In this document: positions 31,435 through 39,792 of the stretch, one piece after another
How positions within the stretch are numbered: the stretch's first letter is position 1
Layout: every line of letters begins with the position of its first letter
Source: a virus
Virus record (IMG/VR): IMGVR_UViG_3300017650_000001
Location: 1 to 64,000 of that record
Length of the DNA stretch: 64,000 bases
Reading direction: 5' to 3' (one strand)
Translations under genes and position numbers: made by a program
Notes under the pieces: model-generated
What the model saw: only the letters and a program-made list of their open reading frames with translations
Databases searched by the model: none
What the model was told of the DNA's origin: nothing

Positions 31435-31915
31435 TGCTCTCAACATCAGTCTCGTCAATCAAGACTTTGATTTTGTTATCAAGTAAAGACAACAAAACCT
31501 TCTGACGCTCTTTTGCTGACATGCGATCAACAAGAGCTACTTGCTGAGCAAATGGCCCCGTTTGTATCTTGACTTTGTCGCCGACCGACAATCTCGAAGC
31601 AGGAAGCTTGATATATCCATTGATCTCGCGTGAGCGAAGGCTGCTGATGACTTCATCACGGACTACCGCAGGATTGTTACCTGTCATCAATAAAGCTGCG
31701 ACGCCGTGCGTATTGTTTAAGCAAGCCCAGCGTGAAACGATTTCTACGAAGAGGTAGTTAGGGAAAAGTGGGATTTCTACATTAACCCAGCGCTTCTGTC
31801 GAAGTTTACGTTCTAAAAGCTTGGGCTGGTAATACAAGAAGCCTTGATTTTCAAGATTTCTAATAGCCATTTTCTCGCAGTTTGGATGAGTTCGTAGTGC
31901 TGTCCAGAAAGCCAT
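31421..31915 (-). CDS. NusG/RfaH-family transcription antiterminator
   Basis: NGN domain W..L.T.P..E..A..NL..QG, PLFPNYLFV, T.GV; KOW motif GDKVKIQTGPF. Confidence 0.9.
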   Translation of the reverse strand: MAFWTALRTHPNCEKMAIRNLENQGFLYYQPKLLERKLRQKRWVNVEIPLFPNYLFVEIVSRWACLNNTHGVAALLMTGNNPAVVRDEVISSLRSREINGYIKLPASRLSVGDKVKIQTGPFAQQVALVDRMSAKERQKVLLSLLDNKIKVLIDETDVESISTD

Positions 31916-31980
31916 AACAAATCCTCCTGCTTGTTGTTACGATAAAAAATTGCGCTTCTTATTGCAATACTGCATTTTTA

Positions 31981-32012
31981 TGCTTGCAATTGTAGAGCAA
32001 CCCGTCTACAAG
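31981..32012 (+). promoter_or_regulatory. Early promoter copy 3 (TTGCAA-N17-TACAAG)
   Basis: TGCTTGCAATTGTAGAGCAACCCGTCTACAAG. Confidence 0.75.
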
Positions 32013-32043
32013 AGCATTGTCGGCGAGCAAAAGGGGTTTTGCA

Positions 32044-33054
32044 ATGGCACATTTCGATCACACTTATGGTATTGAAATCGAGTGCTACCTTCCGGAAGGG
32101 ACTTCACGAGAAGACCTCGCCACTGCAATCAATTCTCGCCTCGGCGGACTGGGCACTTGTTCAGCTGAGCATTACAATCACAATACGTCGCGCAATTGGA
32201 AGATTGTCACGGACGGGTCGCTGGGCGATTATGCTCGCGGTGTTGAAATTGTCTCGCCGGTCTTATCGGGTGCAGCGTCACTCACTACCGTTGAAGTTGT
32301 CTGCCGCGCCTTGAACGATTTTGGTTGTTCCGTCAATAAGAAGTGCGGATTGCATGTTCATGTTGGTGTCGGTGCTGCTCCGTTGTCATTCTGGAAAAAC
32401 ATTGTATCGATGTACAGCGTCTTCGAGGGTGTTATTGACAGCATGATGCCCGCTTCGCGTCGCGGATCAGCAAATGCGTATTCCCGCACGATGACGGGAG
32501 TCCGCGTCAGCGATATCACAACCGCTGATTCTTTCGATCGCATCTATGGATTGCTGGGACGCGGACGCTACTCAAAGGTAAATATGGCTGCCTATCTGCG
32601 CCATAACACGGTTGAGTTCCGTCAGCATTCTGGAACGACCGATGCTAACAAGGTCACAAAGTGGACGGTCATGTGCTTGAAGATGGTCGATACCGCAATG
32701 GGTGCCCGCTTTAATCCTTTCGACTATGCGGTCGCTCCGCAGAATCGCGCGCGGATGGGAACCAAGAATTATCAGGTTGGCTCCATGCTGCTCCGTCCTG
32801 ACGGTGTCACTCCGCAGGAAGCAATGGCAGCGACTGGTTGGACGAGCATTTCAATGCCTGAGATGGCGCGTCTCTGCGGGATTGAGTATACAACTCAGAA
32901 GACTGGACGCATCACTCGTTACTTTGCACGCCAGTCTGCTTCTGAAGTCTCGGTTGATGCTTTCGCAACGCTGATTCAACTGACTGCAGAAGAGAAGTCT
33001 TATATGGAGTCTCGTATTAACGATCTGTCCAGTCATATCGCCTGGGCTGCATAA
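32044..33054 (+). CDS. Putative amidoligase (COOH-NH2 ligase) with a C-terminal HTH-like insert
   Basis: GIEIE, W.IVTDGSL, EIVSP, CGLHVHVG, RY.KVN, TVEFRQHSGT. Confidence 0.85.
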   Translation: MAHFDHTYGIEIECYLPEGTSREDLATAINSRLGGLGTCSAEHYNHNTSRNWKIVTDGSLGDYARGVEIVSPVLSGAASLTTVEVVCRALNDFGCSVNKKCGLHVHVGVGAAPLSFWKNIVSMYSVFEGVIDSMMPASRRGSANAYSRTMTGVRVSDITTADSFDRIYGLLGRGRYSKVNMAAYLRHNTVEFRQHSGTTDANKVTKWTVMCLKMVDTAMGARFNPFDYAVAPQNRARMGTKNYQVGSMLLRPDGVTPQEAMAATGWTSISMPEMARLCGIEYTTQKTGRITRYFARQSASEVSVDAFATLIQLTAEEKSYMESRINDLSSHIAWAA

Positions 33055-33064
33055 GGAGGGTAAG

Positions 33065-33271
33065 ATGGGAATTAAGTTCGAGAATGGAAATGCGCACGCG
33101 CCTGTAGACTTGCTAACCTGGCGGGAGTCTATGGGCTACTCGCTCGACGACGCAAGTCAGATGCTGGGGGTCACTCCCGCAGAACTGGTTCGCTGGGAAA
33201 AGCATAGCACACCGACGCCTCGCTACATCACGCTGGCTTGCGCTGCTCTGGCGCTGGGAATCAAGGCATAA
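33065..33271 (+). CDS. XRE-family HTH regulator
   Basis: WRESMGYSLDDASQMLGVT..LVRWE...PRYITLAC. Confidence 0.75.
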   Translation: MGIKFENGNAHAPVDLLTWRESMGYSLDDASQMLGVTPAELVRWEKHSTPTPRYITLACAALALGIKA

Positions 33272-33294
33272 GAAAATACCAGCTTCTTAAAAGA

Positions 33295-33343
33295 ATGCTT
33301 GCAATTGTATTTGTGGACCTCTATAAATAACAATTGCAAGCAT
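33295..33343 (+). promoter_or_regulatory. Early promoter copy 4 (TTGCAA-N17-TATAAA) inside a perfect 14-bp inverted repeat
   Basis: ATGCTTGCAATTGT-N21-ACAATTGCAAGCAT. Confidence 0.8.
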
Positions 33344-33362
33344 CACCAAAGGAAAAACACCA

Positions 33363-33869
33363 ATGCTCTACTTTGCTTATGGCAGCAACCTGAACGTCAA
33401 GCAGATGAAGTATCGCTGCCCGAAAGCTGTCCCGCTGGGCAACTTCTACTTGCGCGATGCTCGTCTACTATTCCGCGGTGTTGCGGATTGCATCTATCTT
33501 CCGGGTGCGGTCTGCCCGGGAGGGATCTGGTCAATCACGGGTGATTGCGAGCGCGCTCTTGACCGTTACGAGGGATTCAAGAAAGGCGATCCCAAAAGTG
33601 GAATGTATTACAAACAGATCATCAAGATTCGCAATGCGGATGGCGACGTCTCGACGGAGCTCATGATCTATCGCATGAACTCAACCGGGATCATGCCGCC
33701 GTCTCAGATGTATCTCGATACGATCGCTGAAGGCTATCGTAACTTTCGTCTTCCGATCAAGCGTCTGCGTCAAGCTGTGAAGCGATCTTACGACGACAAG
33801 AATCCGAGCGAGGTTGAGCGTGCTCGGTATATCCGCAACGGCAAGCCGCGTCTGGCTCGCATCGCATAG
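33363..33869 (+). CDS. Gamma-glutamylcyclotransferase-like protein
   Basis: YFAYGSNL..QM..RCP, LDRYEG, PS..Y...I..GY. Confidence 0.85.
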   Translation: MLYFAYGSNLNVKQMKYRCPKAVPLGNFYLRDARLLFRGVADCIYLPGAVCPGGIWSITGDCERALDRYEGFKKGDPKSGMYYKQIIKIRNADGDVSTELMIYRMNSTGIMPPSQMYLDTIAEGYRNFRLPIKRLRQAVKRSYDDKNPSEVERARYIRNGKPRLARIA

Positions 33870-34159
33870 GTTCAATCATGCGTCGATTCATTAACACACA
33901 TCCGATCGCGTATAAGATGGCAGCACCGGAAGCTATCGCTTTCGTCTACGTCTTGTGCGTGATTGGTTACCTTGTAACTTTTATTCGGTGAGGTCTGCTA
34001 TGTCAAATATTACGTTTGAACCTGCTGAATGCTGGGCAGGATGCACGTCAAGCGACTGTCCTTACAGTCACTTTGACACCTATCGCTGTGATGATGGATC
34101 AGCTCACTTCACAAGGAGAGACGCTGAATCTTGGATTTCAGATTCGAAAGGTCAAAGCA

Positions 34160-34297
34160 ATGGTAAAAAAGAAGAAACCAAAACAGCGCTCGGCAGAAGC
34201 TAAGGCACTGTCCCAGCCCATCTTCCGTCAACGAATAGTCAAGAATAAAAAAGCTTACACGCGAAAGGGCCGACGTAAATCGGCCCTTTCTTTTTGA
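34160..34297 (+). CDS. ArfA-like small basic protein
   Basis: ALSQPIFRQRIVKNKKAYTRKGR resembles the E. coli ArfA core [32 protein letters not shown] SD. Confidence 0.6.
   Translation: MVKKKKPKQRSAEAKALSQPIFRQRIVKNKKAYTRKGRRKSALSF
34263..34295 (+). terminator. Intrinsic terminator ending the plus-strand island
   Basis: GAAAGGGCCGA-cgtaaa-TCGGCCCTTTC-TTTTT. Confidence 0.85.
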
Positions 34298-34513
34298 CTA
34301 TCGGATTGTAGGAATGTGGACAGGTCCCACCGCACCAATCAATCCCAACAAAGCGTAAACGACAATCAAGACCAGTATAACGATCAAGATTACATTGATA
34401 ACTTGCTTGATGGGTTCAGGTAGCGGGATGAGTCCCAGAATTGTTGTTACTGCCCAGTAGATAACACCTACAATCAGCAAGTACACAACTAGCGAAATAA
34501 GAGCGCTTATCAT
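34298..34513 (-). CDS. Small two-TM membrane protein
   Basis: Two hydrophobic helices joined by IPLPEPIK. Confidence 0.7.
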   Translation of the reverse strand: MISALISLVVYLLIVGVIYWAVTTILGLIPLPEPIKQVINVILIVILVLIVVYALLGLIGAVGPVHIPTIR

Positions 34514-34567
34514 GCAAACACCTCTCTACAGGTAATGCAGAGAGGTGTCTTTTAGCTGCGGGCTTGT

Positions 34568-34822
34568 TTAATCTGGGTTCTTCCGAGTATGCCAGCTCCG
34601 CATCTCTTCCGCGATAGCATGAGCTTCAAGCACCTTGTCGTGGTTACATCCAACAGAGCGTGCATGAATAGCCCACTTCTCTACAAGATCCGCAGCTAAA
34701 GCATCTTGTGCACGAAGGATGAACACAGGCTCATCCGCTGGGACTTTCTCGTTGATGTAAGTAAAGCGATCAATCATCCTGATACCCCTTGATAGAACGT
34801 CGCTGATGCGTTCTTTATGCAC
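34568..34822 (-). CDS. Conserved phage hypothetical protein
   Basis: DEPVFILRAQD.LA...V..W motif. Confidence 0.6.
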   Translation of the reverse strand: MHKERISDVLSRGIRMIDRFTYINEKVPADEPVFILRAQDALAADLVEKWAIHARSVGCNHDKVLEAHAIAEEMRSWHTRKNPD

Positions 34823-35273
34823 CGCGTGAGTGATAGGGCCTGATCTGGTTCAAGCTAAGAGGGACGCATCGCTCGGGCAACTGTCCTTCTTCCCAGACAA
34901 CATCGATGCTGATGCCGCCACGGCTGTTCCAGAATCCTGCAATCCGCAGCCATTTGGGCTGGAGTTCGTCATAGAGACGCTTTCCAATATGGACAGTTAC
35001 GTCTTCATGAAAGCTTCCATGTCCACGGAAAGCAAAAGTCCACAGCTTGAGAGCTTTGGACTCGACAAGATAACGATCCGGAACATAATCAATCAGCAGC
35101 GTTGCAAAGTCAGGCTGACCCGTTACAGGACACAAAGATGTAAACTCAGGAATGGAAAACCGAGAAACGTAGTTCAATCCAAAATGGGGGTTGTCAATCT
35201 TGTCCAGAACGACCTTGTGGGGGTTAGTTTCTGCAACAGCCGATTGTTTTCCCAAATGCGTTAAAGCAGTCAT
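34815..35273 (-). CDS. queF: NADPH-dependent preQ0 reductase (type I)
   Basis: PEFTSLCPVTGQPDFA; QueF motif ESKALKLW; FHED; RGGI. Confidence 0.93.
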   Translation of the reverse strand: MTALTHLGKQSAVAETNPHKVVLDKIDNPHFGLNYVSRFSIPEFTSLCPVTGQPDFATLLIDYVPDRYLVESKALKLWTFAFRGHGSFHEDVTVHIGKRLYDELQPKWLRIAGFWNSRGGISIDVVWEEGQLPERCVPLSLNQIRPYHSRGA

Positions 35274-35279
35274 TAATCC

Positions 35280-35432
35280 TCACTTTGCTTGTGTCTTACC
35301 TGCCCAGCGCTTAGCCGCTGCTTTGACAGCGATCTCACGGCGACGCTCGGGCGTCAACTTACTAGCCCGCGCATGTGCGCCAGGCTTACCATCGTAGTGA
35401 CCTCTACGCTTCTTCTGCATACGCTCTGCCAT
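35280..35432 (-). CDS. 50-aa basic protein (not in ORF track)
   Basis: MAERMQKKRRGHYDGKPGAHARASKLTPERRREIAVKAAAKRWAGKTQAK; AGGAG SD. Confidence 0.65.
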   Translation of the reverse strand: MAERMQKKRRGHYDGKPGAHARASKLTPERRREIAVKAAAKRWAGKTQAK

Positions 35433-35500
35433 TTGATACTCCTATACAAAGATCAGGAGGAGCTGTTACACTCCTCCCAACCCATCCACCCGCGACAAAA

Positions 35501-36487
35501 TCAAGCTACTTGAAGAATCGCAAAAGCACGTTTCTTCATTGCAGCGCCTTCACCAAACTGTGCAGACAGCCGGCGCTTATTGTCGTTTGCGATGCGATCA
35601 TGATCGACATAGCGCGTAACCGCCTGGAGAGCAGCCCACGCTGAATTGCGTCGAGCACCCTCATTGGTTGTCGTGTTGTAGGCGGCGAACAACGCAGTCA
35701 GCTGATTCTGCTTCCGCGTAGAAACCTCCGAGCTTTCCGCAGCGGAGTCATCCACATTCAGGATCTTCTTGAAGAAAGCCTCCACCTGATTTGCAGACAG
35801 ATGCACGCTCGACATTGCCTCACCCATCGCCTTGTAATCTTCGAAGCTCTGAGTAATGCGAGCCAGTTCTTCGCTGACCGCATCCGCATCGAACGTCGAG
35901 CAATGACGCGTCCGGATCACAGCACGCTTGTCCATCAAGCTGACATCCAACGTGTTATTGCAGACAGTGCGCGTCATCGATCCCTGATTAATGGTCGCGT
36001 AGGTGCCGTCATAAGATGTGCTCATCAGCAGACGCGCTGTGTGATGTTCGCCTGCAATGAACATCGGGTCGCGGAACAGTGCGGTTGCCCAGATGACGCG
36101 GCCGCCGAGAAGCGATCCGGCGACATCCAGCTGAAAACGCTCATCCACCGAAATGTAACGCTTGAACCAATCGAGAACCTCTGCCGGCTGCACCGGCTTG
36201 TAGCGATTCGAAACATAACCCAGCGGGGCGCCGTTGTCCGAACGTACAATGAAATTCTTGTTGGGGACTTGATGCATCCGCTGATCAAGATGGCCGAACT
36301 TTTCAGTGTCAAGAAAAGCGAAAGCCGGAACCTTGACAGCTTCCCATTCGAGGCCGGCTGCGGCAGCCCATTCCTCGATCGACTGACCCGGAAGCATCTC
36401 CTGCCCGAGGTGATGCCAGACATTCTGGCGCGAACCCAGGAAAGCGATGTTCGCGCGGTTGTTGGACATATCAATGTTGTGCGACAT
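35501..36487 (-). CDS. DUF932-family phage/plasmid protein
   Basis: WH.LG, AGL.WE, V..RY..VQ, AGSL.GG..IWA, SYDG, R.VCNNT, RH, DH. Confidence 0.85.
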   Translation of the reverse strand: MSHNIDMSNNRANIAFLGSRQNVWHHLGQEMLPGQSIEEWAAAAGLEWEAVKVPAFAFLDTEKFGHLDQRMHQVPNKNFIVRSDNGAPLGYVSNRYKPVQPAEVLDWFKRYISVDERFQLDVAGSLLGGRVIWATALFRDPMFIAGEHHTARLLMSTSYDGTYATINQGSMTRTVCNNTLDVSLMDKRAVIRTRHCSTFDADAVSEELARITQSFEDYKAMGEAMSSVHLSANQVEAFFKKILNVDDSAAESSEVSTRKQNQLTALFAAYNTTTNEGARRNSAWAALQAVTRYVDHDRIANDNKRRLSAQFGEGAAMKKRAFAILQVA

Positions 36488-36524
36488 TCTATTCTCCTAC
36501 GGATGAAATTTAATTCGCTCCGAA

Positions 36525-36556
36525 TTTATAGACGGCCACACATACAATTGCAAGCA
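36525..36556 (-). promoter_or_regulatory. Early promoter copy 5 (TTGCAA-N17-TATAAA)
   Basis: Minus strand TGCTTGCAATTGTATGTGTGGCCGTCTATAAA. Confidence 0.8.
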
Positions 36557-36946
36557 CTATTTTAGCTTCTTTCCTTTTCGAAGATACTTGCCGGGATTGT
36601 TTGCCCAAACATACTGTACAAGATCCGGGTATAAGGGATCGTCAACTAAGTTGATCGGCAATTTCTTATCCATGTCACTGATAAGCTCATGCCCCAAAGA
36701 AACAGTCACAGCCTTTATATTTGGGTGCATATCATTAGTATCAAATGAAATGTAGTATTTTGACATCTCAATCTTTCTGTGCAATATTCACTTGATGCGT
36801 AGTTCCCCACACTTGGGAAGACTTGATATAACGATTTCCCACACAAATAATAGCGTAATCATTTGATATCACAGCTTCTTGCAGGAGCTCATCCGTTTCA
36901 GGATCACGAATTTGGATCTTCACACGGGATTTTTCTTTAATGCTGC

Positions 36947-37927
36947 TCATGTCAGATCAATGATCTCCTGCCCTGTGCGTATCGTTTTCTCATCTAATCC
37001 ATTTCGACTAGAATACGACTCAAAATACTGCTTATCCGATTTACGTTCGCTCTTTACAACTTTAGCGTGATCGCCTTGGACATAATGCACAATAGGCTGA
37101 ATTGTATTTACAACAAACCCACGATCAACTCCCCAAGCTTGGACTTTATCTCGAATCTTATCCCAGCTTGCAGTATGCTCACGATCGATGTTGACTTTGA
37201 TCTTAATGATATCGCCCTCATACAAGCCTTTAGGCTGGTGGTATTGAGGATCGTCACTCCAATCGCATTCAACTACACGTTTCTGTGGCCCATAAACTTT
37301 GATTGACTTTACTTTCAAATCATCAATCAGCAGGACGCGGGGCTGAAAATCATCGCCAAAGTCACAAAGAAAAGGCGACCCTGCATAAGTCACACAATCA
37401 ACTGTCTGCGGATCATGCACGTCTCCTGCGACGACAAAAGCATCATCAGGGAAGATATTCGTGGGAATGCCTGTTAGCGTCTGTCCATTGGACTTCACGC
37501 CTGTAAAGATGTTGTGAGCAAAGATGAAATCGTGACCATTAAAGTCAACGTCTGCCCAATCTTTCTTGTGATTCCGAGTATGCGGAAGATACAAGCAGCG
37601 CTCAAGGACAGTCGGTTTGGAAATCCAGATGACACCAAACTTCTGCACAAATCGAAAGTAAGGATGTTGCGCGTGCAAGCGGTCGTGGTTGCCTTCCAAA
37701 AATATCACCTGACACATTTTAGTCAAGTTATGGAAGATATCCACAATTTCATTGACAAGCGGAGCTGGGTGGTTGTCTTTCAGCTCGGTCAAGTCACCAA
37801 GGATTAACAACTGATCGGGCTGATGTTTCTCAATCAGCTTTGGAAACTCATTGATAATAAAGTCTGTTCGATAACGATCGCGCGCGTTGTCACAAAGCTG
37901 CCAGTCACCCGTAACAAGTCGACGCAT
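36947..37927 (-). CDS. SbcD/Mre11-like recombination nuclease subunit
   Basis: GDWQL, LGDL, GNHD, FAH, GDVH, YAGSP. Confidence 0.8.
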   Translation of the reverse strand: MRRLVTGDWQLCDNARDRYRTDFIINEFPKLIEKHQPDQLLILGDLTELKDNHPAPLVNEIVDIFHNLTKMCQVIFLEGNHDRLHAQHPYFRFVQKFGVIWISKPTVLERCLYLPHTRNHKKDWADVDFNGHDFIFAHNIFTGVKSNGQTLTGIPTNIFPDDAFVVAGDVHDPQTVDCVTYAGSPFLCDFGDDFQPRVLLIDDLKVKSIKVYGPQKRVVECDWSDDPQYHQPKGLYEGDIIKIKVNIDREHTASWDKIRDKVQAWGVDRGFVVNTIQPIVHYVQGDHAKVVKSERKSDKQYFESYSSRNGLDEKTIRTGQEIIDLT

Positions 37928-38352
37928 TAGCCTCTCCAAAGCCAAGAAAACCGACGTTCAAACTTAGCACACCACGCCCAATGTGCTTGCGTTGCTGCTT
38001 CCTGCTCTTCGGAAGCTAAGCACTTGTCAATATAACTTTGTGCCAAGTCTTTATCTGTGAACACAAAGTGATCGTTGTAAGCATTACGAACAGCAATGTT
38101 ACTATCAACAAGACTGAAATGACATTCATTGTTGAAGTCACCAAACTTCAAGAATTCGACAAAACCAGCCTTGATGCAGGATTTATCAGTTACTTCGTAC
38201 GGTTGTCCCACAGAAGAATGTTTCCCCAACCCGTGCGCGTAGTACAAAAATGTACCAACCCCTCGGTCCAAAATAGCTTGGAACTCGTCGAGAGACGAGA
38301 TTGCACCTTCCGGGTATTCCTTGAAAACAACTCCAATAGACATGATAACCCC

Positions 38353-38847
38353 CTAAAGCTTATACGAAAATGACATCAAATCATCAAACTTGATGATCTG
38401 CATCCCAGTCTTGAGACTCTTCAAACATACGACAGAATGAGCTTGGAGCTTCTGGACGCCTTTATAAGTTGTCGCAAAAGCTACAGGCCATCGATTCTGT
38501 TTGAAAATTAAGACTGGTATTCGATCGTACTTAGCAGCTTCAACAATAGTCTTGTCCCAAATAGTTACAAGGCTACCTTTGCCTGTTATCAAACTATCAA
38601 GTGATATGTCTTTTAGATGCTTGAGTTCAAGATAGAAAGCATTAGTAAGAGTGTGTCCTTCTGGTGCAACAGCAGTGATATCACCCGCTTGCCGAACAAG
38701 ACCTTTCTTGATCGTAGCACGTCCGCCACTCATAGCAGAACGCCAGAATACGTCAATGCTTTTGCCAGAAGTCACCCAAAGGGAAAGACTCTTGCAGATT
38801 ACACGTTCAAACTCGCTGCCTTTGCCTTTCCCTCCGCCTGCTTTCAT
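38353..38847 (-). CDS. PD-(D/E)xK nuclease, probable Holliday junction resolvase
   Basis: KGSEFER, SGG, GDI, LELK. Confidence 0.75.
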   Translation of the reverse strand: MKAGGGKGKGSEFERVICKSLSLWVTSGKSIDVFWRSAMSGGRATIKKGLVRQAGDITAVAPEGHTLTNAFYLELKHLKDISLDSLITGKGSLVTIWDKTIVEAAKYDRIPVLIFKQNRWPVAFATTYKGVQKLQAHSVVCLKSLKTGMQIIKFDDLMSFSYKL

Positions 38848-39792
38848 TTAGAACATCCTATCAATGATCTCCACAAGATAGGCTGTATCCACCTTCTCGG
38901 GATCGTTTTCCTTCAAGCGCCCCATCAACTGAACAAAGTAAGCTGCATCCACACCGGTCAGCTGATCTTGCAAAGTCTCATGGTTTGTCAAATCAAGTTC
39001 ACTGATCTGCATCAGCATCTTCAAAATCTGTCCTGCATTGATAGTCCAACCGCGACGGATAAACTTCCGCAACCGAATGACCGAACAGACTGGATATTTG
39101 CTGCCGACGTAACGAAGTTCACGCGACAGTAAAGCTTCAAGAGCTTCCGGACGCAAGGTCAATTCGTCGTTCCAGCTTGACCAATAGTTTGTGCAATGCA
39201 CAAAATCATAGTTCTTGTGGATTTCTTCAGGCTCTCCATAGAACCTAAGTACAATCTGAACGCGATGACTCAACGTGATTGCATTAGTCGACATAAAAAC
39301 AGGACGGAACTTAGGCTTGTTGTCATCCTCGACTGCTAATGCCTTTTCTTCAATTTCGTTGTATGTCTCTTCAATCTCGCCGGGATCGTTCATTACTTCG
39401 CCAACGAAAGCAGTACCGCGCTCGTCTGGTCCGCCTTCAAAATAGCTGTAAGGCTCATTGACCTCTTCATCTTTTGCGATGCCAGCAGATTTGACAACGA
39501 TCCGAACCCGATCTTCCTTGGCTTTATCAACGTAAATAGCACAAGGAATACCCTTCGCATTCACAGACGTAAACCGCGCAACATAGTATTCTGCGACAGC
39601 TAGAGCAGCTTCTCGAGTCTTGAGATAAAGGTCAAAGTCGTTGACCGGTTCACCAAGCAGCATGGAAGCAAGGCAACCGCCAGTGACAATTGTGTCCTTA
39701 GCTGCGAGATTACGGACAGTCTCGTCTTCGATCGATGCCAGCCAAGCATCAATCTTCTGCCGAATTACCTTCTTGATTGTCTTGGCTTTCAT
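38848..39792 (-). CDS. Pol-beta superfamily nucleotidyltransferase
   Basis: VTGGCLASMLLGEPVNDFDLY; YDFVHC; RLRKFIRRGW. Confidence 0.75.
   Translation of the reverse strand: MKAKTIKKVIRQKIDAWLASIEDETVRNLAAKDTIVTGGCLASMLLGEPVNDFDLYLKTREAALAVAEYYVARFTSVNAKGIPCAIYVDKAKEDRVRIVVKSAGIAKDEEVNEPYSYFEGGPDERGTAFVGEVMNDPGEIEETYNEIEEKALAVEDDNKPKFRPVFMSTNAITLSHRVQIVLRFYGEPEEIHKNYDFVHCTNYWSSWNDELTLRPEALEALLSRELRYVGSKYPVCSVIRLRKFIRRGWTINAGQILKMLMQISELDLTNHETLQDQLTGVDAAYFVQLMGRLKENDPEKVDTAYLVEIIDRMF

Noticed and set aside
35801-36565. Long plus-strand ORFs opposite real genes (also 50528-51175, 61630-62277, 20485-21003, 38617-39132)
   Set aside because: Antisense shadows of well-supported minus-strand genes; no recognisable motifs
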